DNA of 64,000 nucleotides, taken from NCBI GenBank assembly GCA_903932155.1, contig CAIZFH010000285.1:1351-65350 (forward strand). The letters run 5' to 3'. The stretch's first letter is position 1. Each line of letters opens with the position of its first letter. Position numbers and translations under genes: made by a program. Positions 25,478-35,051 of the stretch are shown here, piece after piece. This DNA is from an uncultured Granulicella sp. Lineage in GTDB: Bacteria; Acidobacteriota; Terriglobia; Terriglobales; Acidobacteriaceae. The notes beneath the pieces were generated by a model. It saw only the letters and a program-made list of their open reading frames with translations, had not been told where the DNA came from and made no database searches.

Positions 25478-26539
25478 GTGAACCACCTGACCGATTTCGA
25501 AGTCTTCCTCATGCTGAGCGTGCTTAAGGTGGTGGTGGTGCTGGTGATCACGCTACTGGGCGTGGCATACACGGTGCTGTTGGAGCGCAAGTTACTGGCG
25601 CGCATGCAGAACCGCTGGGGTCCCAGCCGCGTCGGCCCCTTCGGCCTGTTGCAGCCGCTTGTGGACGGCGCCAAGAGCTTCCTGAAGGAAGATATGAACC
25701 CGCTGGCGGTGGAGCGGCCGCTGTTTATTCTGGCACCTATTATTGCTCTTGGTTGCGCGCTTATCTCCGTCTCCGTGGTTCCATTCGGCGCAGTTACCCG
25801 CGTGCGAGGCGTGGATCTATTCCAGATTGCCAATGTCAATATCGGCCTGTTGGTGATCCTTGGAGTAACGTCGATCGGTGTTTATGGCATCACGCTCTCC
25901 GGCTGGTCGTCAAACAATAAATACTCGCTTCTCGGCTCGCTTCGTTCCACTGCACAGGTGATCAGCTACGAGCTTGCGCTAGGCCTATCGCTGGTCGGCG
26001 TCGTGCTACGCGCGCAGTCACTCAACCTGCGGGTCATCGTGGACAGCCAGTCCGCCCACGGGGCGCTCTCCTGGAATATCTTCGGCGGCTTTCAGTTCGT
26101 TGCCTTCTTTATCTACCTGATGGCAGCCTTTGCCGAGACCAACCGCGCTCCCTTCGATCTGCCCGAGGCGGAGAATGAACTGGTAGCGGGCTATCACACC
26201 GAGTACAGCTCCATGAAGTTTGCCATGTTCTTCATGGCCGAGTACGCCAACATGATTACGGTAAGCTGCGTGGCTACACTTTTGTTCCTGGGCGGCTCAA
26301 CCAGTATCTTCGGACACATCTTCGACGGCATTCTGAATACACCCATTGCGAACGCGATTTTTCCGGTCTGCTGGTTCGTGGCCAAGGTCTTCGCATTTCT
26401 TGCTCTCTACATTTGGGTGCGGGCCACTCTGCCGCGCTTCCGCTACGACCAATTGATGAGTTTCGGCTGGAAATTCCTGCTGCCGCTCGCCATGGCCAAC
26501 ATCATCGTCACCAGCTTAGTTCTCGCGGTGCGGGGCTAA
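25478..26539 (+). CDS. nuoH: NADH-quinone oxidoreductase subunit H
   Basis: LERKLLARMQNRWGPSRVGPFGLLQPLVDG and AETNRAPFDLPEAE..LVAGYHTEYS motifs. Confidence 0.93.
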   Translation: MNHLTDFEVFLMLSVLKVVVVLVITLLGVAYTVLLERKLLARMQNRWGPSRVGPFGLLQPLVDGAKSFLKEDMNPLAVERPLFILAPIIALGCALISVSVVPFGAVTRVRGVDLFQIANVNIGLLVILGVTSIGVYGITLSGWSSNNKYSLLGSLRSTAQVISYELALGLSLVGVVLRAQSLNLRVIVDSQSAHGALSWNIFGGFQFVAFFIYLMAAFAETNRAPFDLPEAENELVAGYHTEYSSMKFAMFFMAEYANMITVSCVATLLFLGGSTSIFGHIFDGILNTPIANAIFPVCWFVAKVFAFLALYIWVRATLPRFRYDQLMSFGWKFLLPLAMANIIVTSLVLAVRG

Positions 26540-26631
26540 CTCCGCTCTGCTTTACAATCAGAGTAACCACAACGATTTATTGACTGATTTAGACAATATT
26601 CCATGTCTTTCAGAAGGATTGACGGAAGCTC

Positions 26632-27138
26632 ATGCAACTGGCTCTCTTCATCGTGTTTGGCGCGCTGGCCCTGGGCGGGGCACTGAACCTGCTGCTACAG
26701 CGCCATCCCATATACAGCGCACTATCTCTGGTGGTGGTGATGATGTCGCTGGCTGTGCTGTACTGGTCGCTGGGCGCGGAGTTTCTGGCAGCCGCACAGG
26801 TCATCGTCTACTCGGGCGCCATCATGGTGCTGTTTGTCTTCGTCATTATGCTGCTGAACGCTGGCAAAGAGGAGCAAACGCAAGGCAGCCGCGCCGCGTA
26901 CTCGGTTGGGTTCCCAGGTGCCGCAGCCATCTTCTGCCTGCTCAGTTTTGTTTTTCTGTCGGAGCGCGGGTCGCTACAAAGCACCAACATCGGCGGCGAC
27001 CTAAGCAGTGCAGTGGATAACATTGCCGTACTGAGTGCAATGCTGTTTACCCGGCAATTGCTGCCCTTTGAGGTAACGTCCGTCCTGATCCTGGTGGCAA
27101 TTCTGGGCGCGGTTGTATTGGCGCGGAGGGAGCAATAG
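26632..27138 (+). CDS. nuoJ: NADH-quinone oxidoreductase subunit J
   Basis: 168-aa polytopic protein with [22 protein letters not shown], in the canonical position before nuoK. Confidence 0.88.
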   Translation: MQLALFIVFGALALGGALNLLLQRHPIYSALSLVVVMMSLAVLYWSLGAEFLAAAQVIVYSGAIMVLFVFVIMLLNAGKEEQTQGSRAAYSVGFPGAAAIFCLLSFVFLSERGSLQSTNIGGDLSSAVDNIAVLSAMLFTRQLLPFEVTSVLILVAILGAVVLARREQ

Positions 27139-27139
27139 C

Positions 27140-27442
27140 ATGGTACCCACCGCCTATTACCTCGTCCTCGCAGCGATGCTCTTCTCCATCGGAATTGCCG
27201 CTTTCCTGATCAAACGCAATGTGATTACGATCTTTATTTCCATCGAACTGATGCTCAACGCCGTCAACCTGACCTTTGTCGCCTTTGCCCACATGTGGCA
27301 CCAGGTGAGCGGACAGATATTCGTCTTCTTCGTGATGGTGGTGGCCGCCGCCGAGGCCGCAGTCGGACTTGCCATTATCCTTTCCATCTTCCGTACCCGC
27401 CAGACACTTAACGTGGACGAGATCGACTTGATGAAATCATGA
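27140..27442 (+). CDS. nuoK: NADH-quinone oxidoreductase subunit K
   Basis: Start at ATG 27140, just after the nuoJ stop. [11 protein letters not shown] and [11 protein letters not shown] motifs. Confidence 0.9.
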   Translation: MVPTAYYLVLAAMLFSIGIAAFLIKRNVITIFISIELMLNAVNLTFVAFAHMWHQVSGQIFVFFVMVVAAAEAAVGLAIILSIFRTRQTLNVDEIDLMKS

Positions 27443-29427
27443 ACTCCATGCCCGCGAGTTATATCTGGTTCATTCCGCTGCTGCCCTTCGCCGGCTTCCT
27501 GATTAACGGAACGCTGGGGCGAAGGCTTCCGCGTGTGGTTGTCAGCTCTGTGGCGTTGTTCTTCACAGCTGTGCCGGCTGCCCTCGTCGCGTGGCTGTGG
27601 GCAACGATGTGCACTGCGAGCGCGCCGAGTTCCGTGGATTCCGTAATTCGCCCCTATGGATATGACTGGATCAACATCACAGGCCTGCATGTCGACTTCG
27701 CCTTCACGGTCGATCACCTGACGTTGATCATGCTTGCTGTGGTTACCGGAGTCGGATTTCTCATCCACATCTACTCGGTTGGATACATGGCGCACGAGGA
27801 GGGATATTGGCGTTTCTTCGCGTACCTTAATCTCTTTATGTTCTTCATGTCCGTGCTGGTGCTTGCGGCAAATTTCCTGCTGCTCTTTGTCGGCTGGGAG
27901 GGCGTGGGTCTCTGCTCGTATCTTCTGATCGGCTTCTACTTCAAGAAGACCTCCGCTGCAGTCGCGGGGAAAAAGGCCTTTATCGTCAATCGCGTCGGCG
28001 ACTTCGGATTTCTGCTGGCGATGTTTCTGCTGATCGTTCACTTTGGCAGCCTTAGTTTCAAGGAAGTGTTTGCCACCCTGGCTCAGAATCCGGAGTGGCA
28101 GCAACAGGGCGCACACTTCCTGCCCGCAATCGCACTGCTGTTGCTGCTGGGCGCGGCAGGCAAATCCGCACAGATTCCGCTGTACATTTGGTTGCCCGAC
28201 GCGATGGAAGGCCCGACACCTGTCTCCGCACTGATCCACGCGGCCACGATGGTGACGGCCGGAGTTTACATGGTGGCGCGTTGCCATCCGCTTTTCGACA
28301 GTTCGCCGCTGGCGCTCACGGTGGTAGCGGTTATCGGTGCGGCTACTGCGATCGTTGCGGCCTCGATCGGCATGGTGCAACACGACATCAAACGTGTGTT
28401 GGCCTACTCCACCATCTCACAGCTTGGCTACATGTTTCTGGCCTGCGGAATGGGGGCCTACGCCGCGGGAATCTTCCACCTACTGACACACGCCTTCTTC
28501 AAGGCGCTGCTGTTCCTGGCGGCTGGATCGGTGATTCACGCGCTCTCCGGTGAGCAGGACATGCGCAACATGGGCGGTCTCTGGCGCAAGATTCCGGTCA
28601 CCTTCTGGACGATGACCGCGGGCGTCTTCGCGATAGCAGGCATTCCGCCGTTTGCGGGTTTTTTCTCCAAGGACGAGATTCTCTACCGCACGTTTACCAG
28701 CAGCAATCCGCTGCATATTGTTCTGTGGCTGGTTGGCCTGCTGACAGCGGGTTTGACTTCGTTCTACATGTACCGTCTCTGGTTCAAGACTTTCTTTGGT
28801 GAGCAGCGCACTAAGCAGAGTGGAGATGGTTACCCCCACAGCGTTCATGAGTCCTCGTGGATTATGCTGCTTCCGCTGGTAATTCTTGCGGTTCTATCGG
28901 TGATTGGTGGTTGGATTGGCATTCCCGCTGCACTGGGTGGAAACAACGGAATCGAGCACTTTCTGGATCCTGTCTTCGCCAACAGTGCGGCCAACGAAGC
29001 TGTAACTGCAAGCGGTCATGGCCTCGAACTGGTGCTTGCGCTCATCTCCGTTCTGGTTGCAGTGGCCGGTTTCTACTTCGCATACCTCTTCTACTACGAG
29101 AAACCCGGTACGGCTTCCGCACTTGCGCAGCACAACCCAGCCACATACAAGCTGGTGAAGAACAAGTACATGGTTGATGAGTTATACAGTGCATTTCTTA
29201 TTACTCCGCTGCTGATGTTTACACGGGGCGTACTGGAGTTGATGGTCGATCAAGGACTAGTGAATGGTTCGGGCGCAGTAGCGGGCGCAACTACACGTGG
29301 GCTTGCCTGGATCACACGCAAGCAGATTTCTGGCAACATCCGCTCCTACGCCGGATGGCTGGCCATTGGCGCAGCCGCAGTAATTACCGCAATGGTCTTT
29401 GGCGATGCACTGAAGGGACTTCTATGA
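27439..29427 (+). CDS. nuoL: NADH-quinone oxidoreductase subunit L
   Basis: ATGA overlap with nuo[15 protein letters not shown] and [32 protein letters not shown] motifs. Confidence 0.93.
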   Translation: MNSMPASYIWFIPLLPFAGFLINGTLGRRLPRVVVSSVALFFTAVPAALVAWLWATMCTASAPSSVDSVIRPYGYDWINITGLHVDFAFTVDHLTLIMLAVVTGVGFLIHIYSVGYMAHEEGYWRFFAYLNLFMFFMSVLVLAANFLLLFVGWEGVGLCSYLLIGFYFKKTSAAVAGKKAFIVNRVGDFGFLLAMFLLIVHFGSLSFKEVFATLAQNPEWQQQGAHFLPAIALLLLLGAAGKSAQIPLYIWLPDAMEGPTPVSALIHAATMVTAGVYMVARCHPLFDSSPLALTVVAVIGAATAIVAASIGMVQHDIKRVLAYSTISQLGYMFLACGMGAYAAGIFHLLTHAFFKALLFLAAGSVIHALSGEQDMRNMGGLWRKIPVTFWTMTAGVFAIAGIPPFAGFFSKDEILYRTFTSSNPLHIVLWLVGLLTAGLTSFYMYRLWFKTFFGEQRTKQSGDGYPHSVHESSWIMLLPLVILAVLSVIGGWIGIPAALGGNNGIEHFLDPVFANSAANEAVTASGHGLELVLALISVLVAVAGFYFAYLFYYEKPGTASALAQHNPATYKLVKNKYMVDELYSAFLITPLLMFTRGVLELMVDQGLVNGSGAVAGATTRGLAWITRKQISGNIRSYAGWLAIGAAAVITAMVFGDALKGLL

Positions 29428-29434
29428 GGACACG

Positions 29435-30994
29435 ATGAATATCGACCCCATCATTCTGACCCTCATTGTCTTCTTCCCGCTGGCAGGCGCGCTGTTGCTG
29501 GCCCTGCTGCCCGACCGCGGCAGGACTATGCAGTGGGCCGCGTTGGCAGTCACACTGGTCACCTTGGGGCTCACGCTGCATCTGCCGTTCCACTACTCAT
29601 ACGCGAGTCCTGCGGGCAGCTTTCAGTTTGAGCAGAATGTGCCGTGGATTTCAGCGCCCGCCATCCGCTACCATCTCGGCGTCGATGGCCTCTCGATGTG
29701 GCTGATGGTTCTTACCGGACTGCTGGCACCGCTCGGCGTACTGATCTCGTGGCGAGCCGTCGACAGCCGCAAGAAGCTTTTTTATGTCCTCTTTCTGCTG
29801 CAGCAGGTCGCGATGATGGGCATCTTCGCCTCGCTGGACATGTTCCTCTACTACGCGTTCTGGGAGATGTCGCTGGTTCCGATGACGTTGTTGATCGCCA
29901 CGTTTGGTCGCAGTGAATACCGGCGCCGCGCCGCCATTAAATACTTTCTCTATGCCTTTATTCCCTCGGCGTTGCTGCTTGTCGCTATGCTGTGGCTGTA
30001 CGCGCAGACCGGGACTTTCGACCTGCCGAAGCTGGCTGCACTGGCCGCCGGAAACGCGATCTCGCCTAACACCACAGCACTTTGGCTCGCATCACTCGGA
30101 TTTCTTGTTGCCTTCTCTGTCAAGGTGCCTGTCTTTCCGCTGCATGGATGGCTGGTGGACGCAATCGCCGAGGCGCCGACCGCAGCCGTGATGGTGCTCG
30201 CTGGCAAGACCGCACTCTACTCCATGATGCGTTTTTCGCTTGCCATCTTCCCCGAGCAGTCCCACCGCGTCGCACCGCTGATGATTGCGCTGGCGGCCAT
30301 CGGCATTGTGTACGGGGGGTTGCTGGCATTAGTGCAGCACGATCTGAAGAAGCTGGCCGCCTACTCCACGCTGGGTCAGCTCAGTTTCATTGTTCTCGGC
30401 ATCTTTAGCTTTACCGTTGCGGGACTGGATGGCGGCATCTACCAGATCCTCAACGAGAGCCTTGCCGGAGCTGCGTTCTTTATGCTACTTGGCCTGCTAT
30501 ACGAACGCTATGGCAGCTACGACATGCGCCAGTATGGCGGGCTGGCGCAGAAATTGCCCTGGGTGGTCACGATGTTCGTGCTGGTTTCGCTGTCCATTAT
30601 CGGCTTGCCCATGCTGAACAGCTTTGTTGGAGAGTTCCTAATCCTCTCCGGCTCCATGCAGTCCGGCTTTGCACACCATCATCTGTGGACCGCTGTAGCG
30701 GCCACTGGGGTCATTTTGAGCGCAGCTTACATGCTGCGGATGATTCAGCGCGTCTTCTACTGCGAGTTGGGCACTAAGTCACAGGCGGTGACGGCTTGGG
30801 ACCTGGACGCGCGTGAGCACCTGGCGCTGTGGCCCATGGTTGCCCTGTTCCTGACGATGGGCGTCGCGTCGCCGCTGTGGATGCGCGCCATCGACAGCTT
30901 TGGCGCTGCGGCAGCCAGTCGTCTTGCGTCCGTGCAATGTACGGCACCCACTGAAACTCCATCGCTTCCAACCACCTCTGGAGGCGTACACTGA
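29435..30994 (+). CDS. nuoM: NADH-quinone oxidoreductase subunit M
   Basis: Antiporter-like subunit with [12 protein letters not shown] and [21 protein letters not shown]. Confidence 0.92.
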   Translation: MNIDPIILTLIVFFPLAGALLLALLPDRGRTMQWAALAVTLVTLGLTLHLPFHYSYASPAGSFQFEQNVPWISAPAIRYHLGVDGLSMWLMVLTGLLAPLGVLISWRAVDSRKKLFYVLFLLQQVAMMGIFASLDMFLYYAFWEMSLVPMTLLIATFGRSEYRRRAAIKYFLYAFIPSALLLVAMLWLYAQTGTFDLPKLAALAAGNAISPNTTALWLASLGFLVAFSVKVPVFPLHGWLVDAIAEAPTAAVMVLAGKTALYSMMRFSLAIFPEQSHRVAPLMIALAAIGIVYGGLLALVQHDLKKLAAYSTLGQLSFIVLGIFSFTVAGLDGGIYQILNESLAGAAFFMLLGLLYERYGSYDMRQYGGLAQKLPWVVTMFVLVSLSIIGLPMLNSFVGEFLILSGSMQSGFAHHHLWTAVAATGVILSAAYMLRMIQRVFYCELGTKSQAVTAWDLDAREHLALWPMVALFLTMGVASPLWMRAIDSFGAAAASRLASVQCTAPTETPSLPTTSGGVH

Positions 30995-32517
30995 TGCCCC
31001 TTTCCGCCTCCTTGACTGCGCTGCTGCCCGAATATGTGCTCACCCTGACCGGTGTCCTCATCATGCTGATTGAGGCTGTGTTGAAGCCTGGAACCAGCCG
31101 CAAGCCGCTTGGCTGGCTGGCCATCGCAGGCACGACGGTTACCGGCATCCTTAGCTTCTATCAGCTTCATCTGGGCGTTCTCACCGCCTTCAGCGGCAGT
31201 ATTCAGGTGGACGCCTTCAGCATCTTCTTCCATCTTCTGATCGGCTCGGTGGTGGTGGCCACACTGCTTGGCTCGCTGGATTATTTTGAAAGCAACGCTG
31301 GCGAATACTATGCGCTGGTGCTGTTCGGCGCGGTGGGCATGATGCTGATGACCTGCTCGGTGGAGCTGCTGATGGTCTTCGTCGGACTGGAGATATCCTC
31401 GATCTCGACCTATATTCTGGCTGGCTTCCGCAAAGGCGAAGGCACGGCTGTGGAGTCGTCGATCAAATACTTCCTTCTCGGTTCGTTTGCCACTGCGTTC
31501 TTTCTGTATGGCATTGCGCTGGCTTATGGAGCGACGGGGTCCACCAGCATTGCCGGCATCTCCGCCGGACTTGGTTCGAGCGCGACACCACGCATGGCCT
31601 TCCTGGCACTTGCGATGATGCTAATCGGACTCGGCTTCAAGGTATCCGCAGCACCCTTCCATCTATGGACGCCGGACGTATACCAGGGAGCGCCCGCGCC
31701 GGTGGTAGGGCTGATGTCTACCGCGCCCAAGGCCGCTGCGTTCGCGGTGTTGCTGCGCGTCACGTTCTGTGGTTTTCCACCGCTGATGCAACACCGGTGG
31801 TCGATGCTGTTATGGGGCCTGGCCGCGCTCTCCATGACCATTGGCAACCTGGGAGCGCTGAAGCAGACAAACGTGAAGCGCATGCTTGCCTACTCCAGCA
31901 TTGCCCACGCGGGATACCTGCTGGTGGCCTTCAGCGCGCTTGCTCCGGCGGGAATAGCCGCAGCGTGCTTCTACGCCCTTTCCTACGCCGCGATGAACGT
32001 TGGTGCCTTCGCCGTGGTGACCCAGGCCGGCGGGTACAAAGAGACACTTCGCAGCTTCGAAGATTATCGGGGCCTTGCAATACGCCGTCCTGTGCTGGGC
32101 TTCCTGCTGGCGTTCTTGCTGCTCTCGCTGGTCGGGATACCGTTTACCGGCGGATTCTTCGGCAAGTTTTACGTCTTCAGCGCAGCGATCCAGGCCGGCC
32201 ATGTCTGGCTTGCCATCATCGGCCTGATCAATAGCGGAGTGGCTTGCTATTACTACCTGAGACTACTGAGCTCGGTGTACACCAAACCGGTAGAGTCTGC
32301 GTCAGTGGCAACTTTCGACCCAACTCCTGTAGTCAGCGTGCCCGCTGGCATAGGCCTGGCACTGGCCGCGGCCGCCACGCTGATGCTGGGTATCATGCCG
32401 GGCCACGTCCTCCATCTGGCCAATTACGCCAGCTCGAGCCTGCGTATAACCTCTGCACAGGTCCCACCAAGCGCGCCATTTACAAGCGTAACGCCACTTA
32501 CAAACCAGCCTAAATAG
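30994..32517 (+). CDS. nuoN: NADH-quinone oxidoreductase subunit N
   Basis: TGATG junction with nuo[21 protein letters not shown] motif. Confidence 0.92.
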   Translation: MPLSASLTALLPEYVLTLTGVLIMLIEAVLKPGTSRKPLGWLAIAGTTVTGILSFYQLHLGVLTAFSGSIQVDAFSIFFHLLIGSVVVATLLGSLDYFESNAGEYYALVLFGAVGMMLMTCSVELLMVFVGLEISSISTYILAGFRKGEGTAVESSIKYFLLGSFATAFFLYGIALAYGATGSTSIAGISAGLGSSATPRMAFLALAMMLIGLGFKVSAAPFHLWTPDVYQGAPAPVVGLMSTAPKAAAFAVLLRVTFCGFPPLMQHRWSMLLWGLAALSMTIGNLGALKQTNVKRMLAYSSIAHAGYLLVAFSALAPAGIAAACFYALSYAAMNVGAFAVVTQAGGYKETLRSFEDYRGLAIRRPVLGFLLAFLLLSLVGIPFTGGFFGKFYVFSAAIQAGHVWLAIIGLINSGVACYYYLRLLSSVYTKPVESASVATFDPTPVVSVPAGIGLALAAAATLMLGIMPGHVLHLANYASSSLRITSAQVPPSAPFTSVTPLTNQPK

Positions 32518-32576
32518 CCCTTCAAGGCACTTCTGAGCCGCTTTTTTGCAGGGAATCGCACAGGCAGTAATTTTAT

Positions 32577-34181
32577 GTGGCGTACGTCACAACAATTACT
32601 TTACTGTGGCATTACAATTCAGACGCTGCTTCAGAGCACATCCGATCCATATATAAATTCACAGCGAGCGTGCCGACCGTGACCTCTCTTCCCGCAAAAC
32701 ATTGCCGCTTTATTCTTGCATCCCTACTCTTTTTCATCTGTTTCGTATCTCTCGGCCGAGCGCTGGTCGCTCCTCACTTAGTTACTGCGGACCGGATCGC
32801 AGATGCCGACCGGATTGCGCAACTGGAGAAGCAGGTAGCCGAGAACAAGGCCGCTATGGCAGCTTCAGCGGCAACTGCGGCAGTTGCAACGGCGACGGCA
32901 CAATCGACCGGTGACAACGCGTGGGTACTGACCAGTGCACTGCTGGTGCTAATGATGACAGGTCCAGGGCTGGCGCTGTTCTACAGCGGCCTGGTGCGCA
33001 AGAAGAACGTTCTGGGCACAATGATGCAGAGCTTTGGAATGATGGCGGTCATCACGCTGCTATGGGTCGTCTGCGGCTACTCGCTGGCCTTCGGGCCAGG
33101 CAATGCGATCATCGGCGGACTGCACAATGCGTTTCTGCACGGTGTTGGACTGACACCTAATCCGGCCTACGCGCCCACCATCCCCGAACAGAGCTTCATG
33201 ATCTACCAACTGATGTTCGCCATCATCACTCCAGCGTTGATCGCCGGGGCCTTCGCGGAACGAATGAAGTTCTCCGCCATGTTACTTTTCTCCGTGCTTT
33301 GGGCGTTGCTGGTCTACTGTCCCGTAGCGCACATGATCTGGGGCATCGGCGGATTGATGAACGCTTCCGGCGGAGGGCGTTTTCCTACTCTCGATTTTGC
33401 CGGAGGAACGGTGGTACACATTACCTCGGGTGTGTCGGCGCTGGTGACGGCACTGTACCTGGGCAAGCGGCTTGGCTACGCCAAGGAACCACCCACTCCG
33501 CACAGCATGGTTCTGTGCTTCATTGGAGCGGGGCTGTTATGGGTGGGCTGGTTCGGCTTCAATGCGGGCAGTGCGCTGGGTGCTGGGCCGCTGGCCACCA
33601 GCGCGTTCGTCAACACGCAGTTTGCGGCTGCGGCGGGCGCAATCGCCTGGGGTGCGGCAGAATGGATACGCAGCGGTAAGCCTAGCGCGCTAGGTGCAGT
33701 CTCCGGCGCGGTGGCGGGATTGGCGACCATTACGCAGGCAGCCGGTTTTGTTCAGCCACTCTCGGCGGTTCTGATCGGATTGATTGCCGGAGCCGGATGC
33801 TTCTTTATGGTGGTCAAAGTTAAGGGATGGTTTGGTTATGACGACTCACTGGACGCCTTCGGTGTGCATGGGGTAGGTGGAACAATGGGTGCGCTGCTGA
33901 CTGGCATCTTTGCCAGCTCGGCAATCAACCCTATCTTCGGCAAAGATGCGGCAGGTCATCTGCGACCCACGGGCTGGGTGGACGGCAACCCCATACAGGT
34001 GCTGCATCAGTTGACAGCGGCGGCGATCGGATGGGGATTCGCCATTGTGGGAACACTGGTGATTTTGTTCCTTGTAGATCATCTGATTGGGCTGCGAGTA
34101 ACGGAAGACGATGAGTTGCAGGGGCTGGATCTGTCGCAACACGGCGAACAGGGCTACGACTGGGAGACTAACGCCTCGTAG
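32577..34181 (+). CDS. amt: ammonium transporter (Amt family)
   Basis: GPGLALFYSGLVRKKN, DFAGGTVVHITSG and GFNAGSA motifs. Maximal ORF given. In-frame GTGs at 32670/32679 would give a conventional signal-like N-terminus, so the start is uncertain. Confidence 0.85.
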   Translation: MAYVTTITLLWHYNSDAASEHIRSIYKFTASVPTVTSLPAKHCRFILASLLFFICFVSLGRALVAPHLVTADRIADADRIAQLEKQVAENKAAMAASAATAAVATATAQSTGDNAWVLTSALLVLMMTGPGLALFYSGLVRKKNVLGTMMQSFGMMAVITLLWVVCGYSLAFGPGNAIIGGLHNAFLHGVGLTPNPAYAPTIPEQSFMIYQLMFAIITPALIAGAFAERMKFSAMLLFSVLWALLVYCPVAHMIWGIGGLMNASGGGRFPTLDFAGGTVVHITSGVSALVTALYLGKRLGYAKEPPTPHSMVLCFIGAGLLWVGWFGFNAGSALGAGPLATSAFVNTQFAAAAGAIAWGAAEWIRSGKPSALGAVSGAVAGLATITQAAGFVQPLSAVLIGLIAGAGCFFMVVKVKGWFGYDDSLDAFGVHGVGGTMGALLTGIFASSAINPIFGKDAAGHLRPTGWVDGNPIQVLHQLTAAAIGWGFAIVGTLVILFLVDHLIGLRVTEDDELQGLDLSQHGEQGYDWETNAS

Positions 34182-34185
34182 TGCT

Positions 34186-34908
34186 TCAGTAGCCGTTGGC
34201 CAGTAGGGCCTCGACGGTGAGCTCGCGCCTGGAAGCATCGGCCAGCGCGCGGCTCTCCGCGTACTTGGCCATCACATCCACCTCGATGTTCACCCGCATT
34301 CCCGGGGCCAGCGTGTGCAGGTTGGTGGCGGAGTAAGTGTGGGGCAGAATAGCAATCCAAATTTCATCGCCCTCGATGCCTGCAACTGTGAGGCTGATTC
34401 CCTCCACCGCAATGGAACCTTTCATAACCACATAGCGCAGGAGTGGTTGAGGCAGGCTCAGGCGGATCACCCAGTCGGTCAACCCGGCGCCTGCCTGTGA
34501 TGAGTCCGACTGATTCCAATTGCACTGTGCGAGGACTTGCTGGCCTCCTGGAGGTACGGGTTCGATTGCCAAGAGCGTACCGGTACCATCGACATGGCCC
34601 TGGACTACATGGCCGCCCAGCGGCGAGCCGGCCGCTGTAGGCAACTCCAGGTTGACCAGCGAGCCTGGAAGCAAGCGGGAGAGCGTAGTGCGTGCGATGG
34701 TCTCCGACGCCAGGTCTGCCGAGAAGCAGGGAGGAAAGGCAAGGGGCTCGATGTCCAACGCGGTGAGGCAGACGCCGCAGACCGCGACGCTGCCGCCCAG
34801 ATGCAGGCGCTGGACTATGCCCGGAGCGGCAATGGTGAGCCGCGCCGCGCCACCTGTCGGGGTAAACGAGAGAACTTTGCCTGTTGTCTCAATCAGTCCT
34901 GTAAACAT
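34186..34908 (-). CDS. ribE: riboflavin synthase alpha chain
   Basis: MFTGLIETTGKV, GSVAVCGVCLT and KGSIAVEGISLTV duplicated-barrel motifs. Carries a ~23-aa insertion relative to E. coli RibC. Confidence 0.9.
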   Translation of the reverse strand: MFTGLIETTGKVLSFTPTGGAARLTIAAPGIVQRLHLGGSVAVCGVCLTALDIEPLAFPPCFSADLASETIARTTLSRLLPGSLVNLELPTAAGSPLGGHVVQGHVDGTGTLLAIEPVPPGGQQVLAQCNWNQSDSSQAGAGLTDWVIRLSLPQPLLRYVVMKGSIAVEGISLTVAGIEGDEIWIAILPHTYSATNLHTLAPGMRVNIEVDVMAKYAESRALADASRRELTVEALLANGY

Positions 34909-34930
34909 ATCTCTAGCCTAGAACATCTGC

Positions 34931-34958
34931 TCTTCCTCGTGCCGAACCTCGTGCCTCA
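34931..34958 (-). repeat. degenerate heptad-like repeat in the ribE/ppk divergent spacer
   Basis: Minus-strand reading is GGCACGA GGTTCG GCACGA GGAAGAG. Plus strand shows TCGTGCC twice, at 34937-34943 and 34949-34955. Confidence 0.45.
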
Positions 34959-35051
34959 GCATAGCCACCAGGCGAATTTTTCGCGTAAGCGAAATTGACT
35001 AAAGTATTATTTTCTTTCCGGCTCGGGTGCGGTAGTCTCATAGAGCCGTAT

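Noticed and set aside
27157-28383. 408-aa minus-strand ORF
   Set aside because: It is antisense to nuoK/nuoL, has an Arg/His/Gln-rich low-complexity translation, and is a shadow ORF.
32607-32622. sigma54 promoter for amt
   Set aside because: TGGCAT-N5-TTCA lacks the conserved GC of the -12 element, so it was not called as a feature. It is mentioned only as a caveat on the amt start.
34909-35051. FMN (RFN) riboswitch upstream of ribE, or upstream of ribD at 38452-38471
   Set aside because: The ribE spacer is only 143 nt, is shared with the ppk1 promoter region, and has no RFN core sequence. ribD has a 20-nt gap after ftsY.
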